Part shown: positions 26,814-37,880 of the stretch, piece by piece | How positions within the stretch are numbered: position 1 is the stretch's first letter | Layout: each line of letters opens with the position of its first letter | Origin: Podarcis tiliguerta | Taxonomy: Eukaryota | Direction: 5' to 3' (one strand) | Assembly (NCBI GenBank): GCA_965153285.1 | Contig: OZ229110.1 | Length of the DNA: 64,000 nt | Program-made: the position numbers and the translations under genes | The notes under the pieces: generated by a model | Databases searched by the model: none | Seen by the model: only the letters and a program-made list of their open reading frames with translations | What the model was told of the DNA's origin: nothing

Positions 26814-27122
26814 CAAGTCTGTCCTTGACTTCAACTGGATCACGGACATTAGCTGGCTCGGATTCTCCTGCTCCATTGACTGCAAAGACTCTGAATCTAT
26901 ATTTGGTACCCTCAGTGAGGCCGGTGACATTGTATTTTGTCTCAGGGCAAGAATCTGCTGTATGGTTGGCTTTTTTCCACTCCTCATCTCCATCCTTTTG
27001 GTACTCAATGAGATAGCCTATGATCTTGCCTCCTCCATCATGACGTGGTGGTTGCCAGGACAATTGCACTGAACTTTTAGTTTTATCCACTGCTTCAGGA
27101 TTAATTGGTGGACTTGGCTTTA
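26814..27122 (-). CDS. TTN: TTN exon ~300, FN3
   Basis: GT-AG, 309 nt, VKPSPPINPEAVDK. Confidence 0.93.
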
Positions 27123-27242
27123 CTGTAAAAACGAAAAAACAACAACACCCCATTACATTGGAATCATGAATCTGAAAAAGAGATTAATTGGTACCAAGTA
27201 ATATCACAAATATAATACATGAGAAAATGTTTTATAATATAC

Positions 27243-27545
27243 CGATTGGATCCTTAGCGAAGAATGGTTTTGAGGGTGGGCTAGGATCACCAACGCCAAT
27301 TTCATTTTCTGCTGAAACTCGGAATTCATATTCACAGCCTTCAAGAAGATCTGTTACCCTGAACTGAGTATCTGGGTAAATATGATCTTTGGTGGCTCTT
27401 CCCCATCGAGTAGACATAGTTTCCTTCTTTTCAAGTATGTAATTGGTTATTGGTTTTCCTCCATCATATGGCTTCTTCCAGGTAACTAAAGCAGAATTTT
27501 TGGTGACGCCTTTAATGATAGGTTGCTCTGGTGCAGCAGGAACAC
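27243..27545 (-). CDS. TTN: TTN exon ~299, FN3
   Basis: GT-AG, 303 nt, SVPAAPEQPIIKGV. Confidence 0.93.
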
Positions 27546-27667
27546 CTGAAGAAATAACGTTTTCAAGTTTTAAATCCATTTCATACAAAAATATAATATG
27601 AAAATACAAGTGAAGTAGAAATATGGCGGAGACTTAAGTAAAATGAATTAGCAAATAAACTACATAC

Positions 27668-27967
27668 TGAAACGATCCTTGGCCTTCATTTCATCAGATA
27701 TTAAAGGATCACTCATGCCATACAAGTTCTCAGCATAGATTCGGACAACATAATCTCTTCCCTCAAGTAATTTAGGGACTTTGCACGTTGTCTTGACATT
27801 GGCTGACGTGACTGGCATCCAGAGGTCTCTGTTTGCATCTCTCTTCTCAATAATGTAATTTGTAATTGGACTTCCACCATCATCCAAGGGAGGTTTCCAG
27901 GAGATAACAAAATGATCTTTAGTAACTTCATCAAAAATAACTGGCCCCACTGGTGGCTGAGGACGAT
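27668..27967 (-). CDS. TTN: TTN exon ~298, FN3
   Basis: GT-AG, 300 nt, DRPQPPVGPVIFDE. Confidence 0.93.
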
Positions 27968-28126
27968 CTGTTTAAAAGTAAAAGAAATATATTTATCAGA
28001 AAAGTTCTTCACAATGTGCATTAGGTTAAATATTATCATGTGATATGCCATCCCACCCTCATTTGATCAGCTCTAATTCATACCACATGTGGAAATAACC
28101 TATTTTAGCACTATAGCAATACTTAC

Positions 28127-28408
28127 CAACTACAGTAACTTGACAGAAACCTTTTCTTGTTCCCGAACTGTTTTCTACAATGACACAATATTTGCCTGAA
28201 TCTTCACGGACAGATTTCAATATCCCCAAACAAAGAGTAGCTGGCGTAGTCTGGATCTTTGTCCGTTTGTCTTCTTTCACAGAAATTTCATCTTTGAGCC
28301 AGGTAATCTTTGGTGCTGGTTTGCCTGAGTAACGGCCCGTCAGACTGAAAGCTTCTCCTACACGGACAGTGAGCTTCTCTCGGATATCAAGCTCAAGTTG
28401 TGGAGGAG
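28127..28408 (-). CDS. TTN: TTN exon ~297, Ig
   Basis: GT-AG, 282 nt, APPQLELDIREKLT. Confidence 0.93.
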
Positions 28409-28513
28409 CTAGAAGTATTGTTAAAGAAAAGAAGAATCAGTGATATCTATAAAAACTCACAGATCATTCAATGCACATTTGGTTGGCTGGTTTGCTCCAG
28501 AATGGAAACTTAC

Positions 28514-28816
28514 CAATTTCATCTTTGCATGTGATGGGTTTCGTAACAAATGATGGTTTGCCTTGTCCCACAATATTGCAAGCGCTCACACGATACTCAT
28601 AAGTGTCACCTTCTTTCAAATCTTCAACTGTGTATTTTCTGTCAAGCATTTTCTCTTTTGTAACTCTGGTAAATTTCTCTTTCCCAATAAGGCGGCTTTC
28701 CAAAACATACATGGTTATATCAGAGCCACCGTTGTACTTAGGTGGGTTCCAGGTCAGTGTAACAGAATCCTTCGTTACTGCTTTGACTTCCAGATCCTCA
28801 GGCCTTTCTGGCACAG
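28514..28816 (-). CDS. TTN: TTN exon ~296, FN3
   Basis: GT-AG, 303 nt, TVPERPEDLEVKAV. Confidence 0.93.
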
Positions 28817-28907
28817 CTAGAAATAAACACATGCACAATGTTAGGTACTTTTTTCAAGGCAAATTCTCCTCATCAGTACTGGAAAAAAATAGACAATAAA
28901 GTCTTAC

Positions 28908-29210
28908 TTATTGGGTCTCTGATTAAAATCTCTTTTGTTGTCTCCACAAATGGGCCCATGCCAATAATATTCTCAGGTGCAATTCGGAAGAAGTATGCTT
29001 TGCCCTCAATCAGCCCCTGAACTGTTGCATTCTGCCTGGTGACCGTATATGTCACTGGGGTCCAAGCCCTGTGGTCTGCTTCACGTTTTTCAATTACGTA
29101 GTTGGTGATAGCTGAGCCACCATCATCTTCAGGAGAAAACCACGTAAGTTTGCATGAGTCGTTGGTTAGGTTCTCAGTAAGGAATGGAATGCCAACTGGA
29201 CCTGGAACAT
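28908..29210 (-). CDS. TTN: TTN exon ~295, FN3
   Basis: GT-AG, 303 nt, DVPGPVGIPFLTEN. Confidence 0.93.
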
Positions 29211-29449
29211 CTGTGAAGGAAAGAAATACAGGAGAATGGTTTTAAGACGAACATTTAACATTTCTGTAATTGGAACCCAAATAATAACATAGATGCAATA
29301 GCATATTTATAAAAACATATTCATATATTTCTATAACCCCACCCACTCATATAATATACCAAGGCAGTGCACAAAAGAAAATACTATAAAACAATACAAA
29401 GTAATCACAAGAATGACTGGCTCGTCTAAATAAAGGAAATGAAACAGCT

Positions 29450-29810
29450 GAATAGGCCTGTCTGCATAAGAACATCTTCCAAGAGACGTCTGAAGGTTAA
29501 CGGGGAGGATGTCCACTGATTCTCTGTTGGAAGAGTTTTCTGCAGTATAGGACTGATGACACACTAAGGGTTCTGAGACATTGGGAACAACTAACAGCCC
29601 TCCTTCAGATGATCTAAGTCATCAAAATGGGACAGAAGGGAGCACACACTTCTTGTGGTATCTTGGACTCAAGTTGTTCAGGGCTTTGTACATGAACTTT
29701 CATCCTGATCCTGTAACATATGGGTAGCCAGTGCAAATGCATCAACAAAAGTGTGACTTTCTGCCATTCATCCATCAGCCATCTGCCCTCATCAGCAGTC
29801 TAGCCATCAG
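29450..29810 (-). mobile_element. Old, degraded L2-like fragment
   Basis: Weak resemblance (e.g. AAGTTGTTCAGGGCTTTGTA) to the reverse complement of the L2 ORF2 3' region; boundaries approximate. Confidence 0.4.
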
Positions 29811-29832
29811 CAAGTCAGCTTTCAGTGCTTAC

Positions 29833-30114
29833 CTAGCACATCAACAATAATAGTCTTCTTTCTTTCTCCACCGGCATTTTTAGCGAGAAGAGTGTATAAG
29901 CCCTGATGGCTTCTCTTGCAGTTCTTTATGACCATAGAAGAACTAATTGCTGTTTCCTCGATTTTAGCCTCCTCTGGGAGAGCTCTCTCATCCATCTTCC
30001 AGGTAATTGTTGGAGGTGGCTTTCCTGAGACATAAGCTATAATGCGGATTACTCCACCAGCATGGACAACGATTCTGTCTTTCACATGAGCATCAAGCAT
30101 CAGATCGGGAGCGA
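29833..30114 (-). CDS. TTN: TTN exon ~294, Ig (D-zone repeat 4)
   Basis: GT-AG, 282 nt, VAPDLMLDAHVKDR. Confidence 0.93.
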
Positions 30115-30204
30115 CTGTAGAAACAAACAATATATTTTATATTTAGTTTCTATTCTTTTACCCACACAAGAACAAAGAGAGGCTGTTTTTATCCTAAGAC
30201 ATAC

Positions 30205-30355
30205 CTATTCTGTCCTTCATTTCAAGGACTTCAGTGACATCTCCAGGCTCTCCAATACCAGCAGCATTTATTGCTCTGACTCTAAATCTGTAGAAACCTC
30301 CTTCTTTCAATCCTGCCAAAACAAACTTGGTCCCTCTTATTTCTTTATCTTTTGC
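30205..30355 (-). CDS. TTN: TTN exon ~293, FN3 C-part
   Basis: GT-AG, 151 nt, AKDKEIRGTKFVLA. Confidence 0.92.
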
Positions 30356-30471
30356 CTGAAAACAAAAAGAAATTTTGTGTCTTTGGTGGAATCTACACAC
30401 ATGTTAAAAACGCCGTGGAAATGCTTTTCCAAAAAACGTTTTGAAAAATAAATTGGATTTTGCATAGCTCA

Positions 30472-30505
30472 CTGTCACCATCTAGTGTCACACTTGTATA
30501 TTGCA
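30472..30505 (-). promoter_or_regulatory. Candidate CTCF site (core plus upstream motif)
   Basis: Minus strand TGCAAT-ATACAAGT-GTGACACTAGATGGTGACAG resembles the CTCF core CCACTAGATGGCG with an upstream TGCA module. Confidence 0.5.
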
Positions 30506-30808
30506 CTTTACAACAGAAAACATTTTATTTGCAGCTGTGTACCTGAGTCCTTTCATTCCTTCCTCCTGAACCTCCTTACTTCATGCCTCTCCCCACACCA
30601 CATCACTTACCTCCCTCCCTCCCTTATCTTTCACTCATGCTACCATTAAAACCCACCTACAGGAAGGGGAACTATGGGTTTTTGCTGCTTCTAGGGCACA
30701 CAGATGAGTTGGCAGCCCTTTCAATGAGTCAGTATGTTCCTCAGTATGTTCAGTTATGGAATCAACATAATGTTTCAAATAAATTTTCAAAGGCAGCATT
30801 TCACCTAC

Positions 30809-30957
30809 CTTTTCCCATTCTTCTTTCCCTTCTTCTTTAAATTCAACAAGGTAACCAGTGACTTTAGAACCACCATCTTTTAATGGAGGAGTCCATTCAA
30901 GGTCAACGGAAGATTTTGTCCAATCAGTAACTTTTGGAAATGGAGGACCAGGTGGAG
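30809..30957 (-). CDS. TTN: TTN exon ~292, FN3 N-part
   Basis: GT-AG, 149 nt, SPPGPPFPKVTDWT. Confidence 0.92.
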
Positions 30958-31089
30958 CTGGGGGAAAAAAATATTGCACCATTCTGTCACAAGATTGTGT
31001 ATTTATTATTTCTCAAACATATACCCTCTATACCATCTCTTATTATATTTCCCCTTTTCACACCAAATAAATAAATAAATAAATCTTAC

Positions 31090-31404
31090 AGATTGGGTCT
31101 CTTGCAGTTATTGGATCAGATGGCATGCTTGGCGGTCCAACACCGGCGGCATTAATAGCATAGACACGGAACTGGTAATCTGAACCTTCAATAAGGCCAG
31201 GTACTTTGTAAGAAACTCCCAATGTCATAGGTTTAATAGGATCACGGTTAACCCGTGTCCATCTCTTTCCAGTGGTCTCTTTACGCTCCAGCCAATAACC
31301 CGTCACAGGGGAGCCTCCATCATATTCTGGCTCCTCCCAGTTGACAGTCATCGAGTCATGTGTGACACTGCTGACTGTTGGTTTGTCACAAATTCCAGGA
31401 ACAG
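31090..31404 (-). CDS. TTN: TTN exon ~291, FN3
   Basis: GT-AG, 315 nt, TVPGICDKPTVSSV. Confidence 0.93.
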
Positions 31405-32108
31405 CTAGGGAATAAAGTACACCAAGAGTAAAGCAAAGCTCCGGGGGCCAAATAGACCACTTATGTATGGTATTTATGCTATAGCCTTCATCTGAAGTTT
31501 CCTTTCCCAGTCTTTCATTAGCCCCTACAGAGAGAACCTTTGTGAAGTAAGTAGGGCAGGGCTGTACAAAGTCCTCCTTTTTCTTTGTTATACGTAACTG
31601 TCAAGTCCTAGAATCCTGTGCTAGAGCCATGGCTGAGCATCTTCAGCCTGAAAAGCCATTTTTACAGTAGCTCTGCACCAATGCCAGCATTTTGTATTTC
31701 TTGGGAGAGCAGAGCTGATGAAGGGTTCCTTTGCCACAGAACTGTGCTTCATTGTGTATAGCAGAGCACAAGATCGCACGGATAATTGAATGTTTTATTA
31801 TTTTATGGTGAAGAAAGGCAAAGATACGGTCTATGCTGTGCTAAATACAATCTAAAATGATATAAGTACAGATTCAATATTTAACATTTAAAACAGATAT
31901 GGTTTTAAGATAAAACAGAAAAAATAGCCACAAAAGTTCTATTTCTGAAAAGCTTTTAAAAACTATTATAGACATTTTAGCCATACAGAAGATTTTAAAA
32001 AATAACAATTTTAACTTGGGGCTCTCATACTATCTAATCAGATTACTTATGTTCTGCTTTGCCAATAAATATAAGCGCAGGAGATATTTGAGATAACTGT
32101 ATACTTAC

Positions 32109-32408
32109 TGAATAGATTTCTGGCAGTTTCAGGTTCACTATCAAGAGGTTCCCCAACGCCATATTTATTCTGTGCCATGATGCGGAAGATGTATTCATGC
32201 CCTTCTAGTAGTTTGGGTACTGTGAAGATGCATTCTTTAGGTTCGTTGGTAACATGGACCCAGGTCTTTCTGTTTGCTTCCCTTTTTTCAATAACATAGT
32301 TAGTTATCTTAGATCCACCATCATCTTTAGGAGGAAGCCAAGAAATTGTCATCTGATCGGCAGAAATAGACTCAAATTTAATGGGTCCTTCTGGTGGTCC
32401 CGGGCGAC
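32109..32408 (-). CDS. TTN: TTN exon ~290, FN3
   Basis: GT-AG, 300 nt, GRPGPPEGPIKFES. Confidence 0.93.
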
Positions 32409-32462
32409 CTGAAAAATACATTTTATAAAGCATTAATTGTTGTCAAAGTTGAGTGTTAATAT

Positions 32463-32592
32463 TGTTGTGGTAGGCATCCAGCTGCCTCGGGAGGAAATGG
32501 AAGAGTTTGCCTTCAGGGATGAAGCCAAACCATTGGAGAGTTACGGCACCTGCTATGGCTGCAGAGACTGATAACAGGAGAGACATGTTTTG
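32463..32592 (-). mobile_element. RTE-clade LINE 3'-end fragment
   Basis: Reverse complement reads KTCLSC/ISLCSHSRCRN (one indel), a degenerate form of the RTE C-terminal SRIGLxSH motif. Confidence 0.55.
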
Positions 32593-32650
32593 AACATTAT
32601 ATAACAAACAGTAAATTAGGTTGCCAATGCCAAAATATATTGATATTTAC

Positions 32651-32947
32651 CTAGCACATTCAGCCTCATCTCCTTTGAATCTGTTCCAAAGTTATTGACA
32701 GCAGTTATAGTGTACAAGCCTGTGTCTTTTCTGCGAGATTGCTGTATCAGCAAAGTACAGGAATTTTCATCCACAATCTTGTTGACATGTTGGTCATATA
32801 GCACTGGCAATTTGTCATCAGGTTTCTTAGGATGAGCTTTGACCCAAGTCAATGTCGGGAAGGGGACGCCCTTTATTTTGGCTACAATCTTGATATCTGT
32901 CCCTTCTTCTGCCTCCATAAATTCTTTGAGTTCAATAGACGGAGGGC
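32651..32947 (-). CDS. TTN: TTN exon ~289, Ig
   Basis: GT-AG, 297 nt, CPPSIELKEFMEAE. Confidence 0.93.
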
Positions 32948-33025
32948 CTACAAACAAAAGCAAGCAAAAATTATTGAGCCACTATGAATACAGAAGTCAA
33001 AATGCTTTGCATTGCAGACACAGGA

Positions 33026-33451
33026 TGTCTGCAGCCCTGTGCGGGGCAGACCGTGGAAATGAACACAAGAGATTGACACTGGGTTGAATTAGGCCACAAC
33101 TTCCTTCAATGCAGATACGAGTAGGTTTGGCTAAGGCAATGGGCATGTATCCATCATCAGTCAACCCATGTGCTGGCTGATAGGGACCCAATTTGGGATG
33201 ACCCTGTGCTGGGGAGTTGCCCCCAAGATGGACCGGGTGCCACAACAGGGCATCATTGCAAGAGGCATATTGGCCTATCATGTGGGCTCTTAGACAGAGT
33301 CACCCCTCCTGGACCCCTTTAGCGGGGTACCTGTTCAATGTAGCATTCAGCCCAGTGTGAGGAGGGCATTGCCATGTGACCATCCCTTTGCCTGGCTGTG
33401 TGGGAAGATGGCAGATCCCCTGGGACTGGCCCATGGCCGCACTGTGTGACA
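33026..33451 (-). mobile_element. Possible degraded solo LTR
   Basis: GC-richer block bounded by TGTC...GACA; U5-like GTTGTGGCCTAATT on the - strand; no TSD found. Confidence 0.35.
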
Positions 33452-33527
33452 AAAACACTGCTCCCCCGGAGCCCCAGGTGAGCGGATATTTGAAGTGCAA
33501 TAACTACTAATGCTTTGCAGCACTTAC

Positions 33528-33845
33528 ATGTCTGATCTTTGACGACGACTGGCCCTACAGTAGGTGACGGTCTGCTTGGACCTGCTTCATTCACTGCTTT
33601 CACTCTGAATTCATATTCGTCACCTTCTTTAAGGTCTTCAACAGTAAACTTTGTTTCTTCCACATCCCGTCTATTGCACTGTCGCCAGGCTTCCTTCCCT
33701 TCACCAGTACGGTCCCAGCGAAGGCACTCCACATTATAATGTGTTACGGGAGCACCGCCGTCATTCTTTGGAGGTTTCCATGTCAAGCTTACCGTGTTCT
33801 TTGTTATAAGACCAATCTTGAGTTTGATAGGTGGGTCAGGAGGAT
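33528..33845 (-). CDS. TTN: TTN exon ~288, FN3
   Basis: GT-AG, 318 nt, HPPDPPIKLKIGLI. Confidence 0.93.
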
Positions 33846-34253
33846 CTGTGTGTTGTTGTTTTTTTAAAAAAGGAGCAAAGTAAAATGTAAGTACTGCCCT
33901 ACAATAAAGTATCATTAGTAAAAACAAAATGTCCCACTTTGCTACGCCCTTGAAGTATTTAAGTATTTATTTTCAAAGAACCTGCAATCCAATATCTGCT
34001 GAGGAATGATACTCCCCAAACCACTGAGATTGTTTCAGGATATTTAGTTGAGATTTTAAAAGTCAAATTCAAAACTATTTAATTTTCTTAATGGTGGCTA
34101 CTGAGTCTTTCATATGTTTTATGTGTTTAATATGTCTGGATTGCCAGTGTTTTATGGATGGTTTTCTTTCTCTTTTATGATTTTATTGTCTAAATTTTGC
34201 CAACAAAGGCTGAATGAATGCATGAATGAATGTCCCACTTTGATTTAACTTAC

Positions 34254-34553
34254 GGATTGGATCCCTCGCTGTGGTCCTTTGAATTGTATCTGCTGGGGGT
34301 CCAATGCCAAAGCGGTTTTCTGCACGTACTCTGAAGAAGTATTGTTGCCCAGCTATGAGATCAGGAATAACCAATGATGTGCCAGCACAGTTGGGATTAA
34401 CTTTTGTCCAGGCTTTTCCTTCAGCAGTTCTTTTCTCAATAATATAGTTTCTGATTCTGTCTCCACCATCATTGTCCGGCATTTTCCATGAAAGTTTACA
34501 GCTGCATCTTGTTATGTCACTTACTTTCAGGTCTTTTGGTGGCCCTGGAACAT
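34254..34553 (-). CDS. TTN: TTN exon ~287, FN3
   Basis: GT-AG, 300 nt, DVPGPPKDLKVSDI. Confidence 0.92.
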
Positions 34554-34668
34554 CTATTTCATCATGAAAACAGATTGGAAAAATCATTATATGGGGTTTT
34601 ACAGTATATGAACTTTTGTATCACAAAAATTAGTGAAATGGTGCAATATTAAGATTGATTAGTCTTAC

Positions 34669-34798
34669 CTAGGACATTCACCCTGACATTTACAGTTTTC
34701 TGCCCTGCTTTATTCTTTGCTGTAATGGTGTATTTTCCAGAATGACCTCTGTTACATGCAGGGATAGTAATCACTGATGTGGTATCAGTTGATTCCAC
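34669..34798 (-). CDS. TTN: TTN exon ~286, Ig C-part
   Basis: GT-AG, 130 nt, VESTDTTSVITIPA. Confidence 0.92.
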
Positions 34799-34906
34799 CT
34801 GCACAAACCAAAATAAACTTACTTAGCAATAATAATTAAAAAAGGACTTGAAAAATGCAAATATTAGAAGCAAAATAAGCGAATTCAAATATAAGCTATT
34901 TTTTAC

Positions 34907-34936
34907 CGTAGCATCTTCAGGTATGTTATGTCCATC
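34907..34936 (-). CDS. TTN: TTN microexon ~285 (DGHNIPEDAT)
   Basis: tttaaag|GAT...ACG|gtaaaa, 30 nt, phase 0-0; resembles human DGVHDIPEDAQ as recalled. Confidence 0.85.
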
Positions 34937-35025
34937 CTTTAAATAAAGAAGAAATAGTAAATACACACACACACACAATAGTTTAGCTTGAAGTTCTTAA
35001 CAGTTTACTTTGTTTTGTCACTGAC

Positions 35026-35174
35026 CTTTACAGCTTTCTTTGCATCTCCTTCAAATTCCCAGGTTACTTTGGGAACAGGACGTCCCTTAATAACTGCTGG
35101 AATTCTGATTGTTGTACCAGTACGGCAAGAGAGTAGGTCTTGTGCTCCAACATCAATAAATATTTCTGGCTCCT
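35026..35174 (-). CDS. TTN: TTN exon ~284, Ig N-part (D-zone repeat 3)
   Basis: GT-AG, 149 nt, EEPEIFIDVGAQDL. Confidence 0.92.
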
Positions 35175-35282
35175 CTGCAAAATACAAGTAATAGATCATA
35201 TAAATAATATAGCCAGAATTCATCTACATAAGTTCTCTAATAGGGTAAACTTATGCATGTACAGTAGAGTCAGTAGTAAGTC

Positions 35283-36965
35283 TTTTTTTTTTTTTTTAAA
35301 TAATATTTATTAAAATTTTTCAAAAAATGCATAATCACTTATGGGACTCCCCCCTTCCCCCACCCCCACCATATTCCCATTTCACATTGTTGGCCGCACA
35401 AATTCCCCTTTCAAATTAAAGCTTAATTTGTTTTACCCTTAATAATAATAAACAACCCAATGTTCTTTCCCCAGGACCCACCCCCTTTCATTCCACAATT
35501 TCCATTTTTGATAAAAAAAGCACCCCAGATAATAACAATAGAAAAGGTAAAAAATAAGAGATATAATGAATAATAAAAAAGAAAGACCAATTCAACAAAA
35601 AAGAACAAAGTTGGCAAGCCTTTGGAGTTTTAGTTCTCCCCCCCCTGTCCCCGGTTTAATTTCCCCCTGACCATCAACCCCTAGTATCTGCCTGGAATTC
35701 TTAAGGCCATAAATCACAACTTTTCCCCAACTCCAGCTGGCTTTCCCTTTTTTTTTAAAATTAGAAATAAATTTTTTGATAATCAAAATTATTATTATTA
35801 TTATTATTCTCCAAAGCTTTAACTTCAGTCTTTAAGAAAACTGTAGTAAAACTCCCTCCGTTGTTCTTTCCGGTTTGTAGTCTAATTTCCTTTTGTTCCG
35901 CTGCTTAAACGTTGTAATTCGCAAGTTTGGTAAGTCTGCAGGGATGGTTGTTGTTCAGGGGCAAAACCTTACGTTCAGTCCCTTCCTTTCTTCAATAGAA
36001 AAGTCTATTGTCTCCTTTAAAAAAAAAAAAAAAAAAAGAAAACACCCTGCAGACGAGATGTTGTTTCCGTTTTGCAGCTTTCCCAGAAGGTAACCAGTTC
36101 TGTAAAATTCCATTGGTGTTTTTCCACTTTCCCAGTCCTTGTAATGTCCCGAAGCTCCTCGAGGGGGATTGTTATAACTTTGTTTCCTCTAGTCCAAAAG
36201 TCAAGTTGTTATCCATATTCGCCATTTTGTATCCAGATTTTAACAAATTGTAGCAAATTGAAGCAAATTTAACCAGCCAAGTTCTCATAATAAAATCCAC
36301 TCCACTTTCCGACTTTGACAGCTATTTTGAAAACTGTCGAACTCTCCGACTCCTTTCACCAGGCTCTCTCTTCAATCGCCCCGGTTCCCAGGGGGGGGGG
36401 TTGTGTTTCCCTTCTCCAGTTCCTCCTCCAGCACAGTTCTTGTAGTTCCCCATCGTGGAATTGTAATTTTTATCAGCAATGCAAGCCTTTTTGGGTCTTG
36501 GTTTCCCCGTCTTTGTTTTAGACAATTTACAATAGGGAGGGGACTGACTTCCTTTTTGAATCCCCCCCGCTCGTATCCAATTCGAAAAAAAAATTTCTTT
36601 TTTCCTCCTTTTGAACCCGATTTCCAGATTTACTCACGGGTTATTGTTGAAAAGTCCGAATTTTCAATGGAAGAAGTCAGCGCTCTCCGCCGGATGGCAT
36701 GCGGCTGCGCTCAGCAGGGGAAGCAGAGGACTCAAGGCACCACGCTTCTCCCCGGCACCCGATCCGTAGCCTTTAAAAAGGCTCCTTCACGAGTCGGGAG
36801 GGCGCTAACGGTGCAAGCCGAGTCTCCATGTCCACGGCCTCCGTGGCCGTGGTTTCTAAGGGTCCCCGCATCGCCGGTGCGGTAGGACCCAGCCCCTGCC
36901 GAGCAGACTCCCTCCGGAGCTCGGAGGGAGTCCGCCATTCGGCGATGGCGCCAACCCGGAAGTCC
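35283..36965 (-). mobile_element. Non-autonomous L1-type retroposon (~1.7 kb; intact 5' end and poly(A) tail; no intact ORF)
   Basis: Perfect TSD GAGTCAGTAGTAAGTCTT at 35267-35284 and 36966-36983; starts GGACTTCCGGGTTGGCGCCAT with CpG-rich 5'UTR; AATAAA then A-tail. Confidence 0.85.
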
Positions 36966-37571
36966 GAGTCAGTAGTAAGTCTTGCTGAGATTGATGGATC
37001 TTTCTTCCGGGTAAATGGGTAGGCTTGCAGCCTCAGTTGTGTATTATTCTCTTGATGATAAACAAAGATATCAAGATATATACTTGTTTGAAATATATAC
37101 TGCCCTTTAGCAAAGCTTTACAAAAACATGACAACATATAACACCAAAATATAATAAATTAGAACAATGCATGAAACACCCTAGTAAAAAAACAAAAACA
37201 AAACCCTTGCTGGCCCCAAATCCATAACAATGTTGGTGTCAGGTGGGCTTTCCGAGGTGAGAATTCTATGAATTGGTGCCACCACTGAGAAGGATCTCTC
37301 TTTGATCACTATCTGCCTTAACTCATATGGCAGGGACACTTTGAGAAGAGTTCCTTCTCAAATGTATGCAGAATAATCTAGCTCCAGCTTCTATTGCTAT
37401 CAGATTGATGTTGGGATTTCCCTTGTACCCATAACACCCCCCAATAAGTTTTCTTTACTCTTGAAACATTTCAAGGAATGGACAGCCATTCCTGCATTTC
37501 AGTTTTCAAATCCTTTGATTTTTCTATGTCTACACGTTCGAGTGGAAAGACTTATTTCCAACAATCCTTAC

Positions 37572-37880
37572 CTTGAACTTCCTTGCATGGTATTTCAGCA
37601 GTGCAAAGACTTGGCTCAGATTCCCCTGCAGCATTTACAGCCTTTACTCTGAATCTGTACTTTCTGAGTTCTTTCAGATTGGGTACAACACAATCGCAGG
37701 TAGGGAACAGCTTGTCCGGTTCGTTCACACTCTTCCAATCTAAACTACCTTCTTCTTGCATTTCGACGATATATCCTTTAATAGGACTGCCACCATCTTT
37801 TTGTGGAGGTTTCCATGCAAGAGATATAGTTGAGTTGGTTCTGTCTTTGACATCTGGGCATGATGGTGCTCCAGGAGGAT
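37572..37880 (-). CDS. TTN: TTN exon ~283, FN3
   Basis: GT-AG, 309 nt, YPPGAPSCPDVKDR. Confidence 0.93.

Noticed and set aside
36008-37022. ORFs within the 1.7-kb insertion as a possible novel gene
   Set aside because: Short, low-complexity frames broken by homopolymer runs, with no recognisable domain
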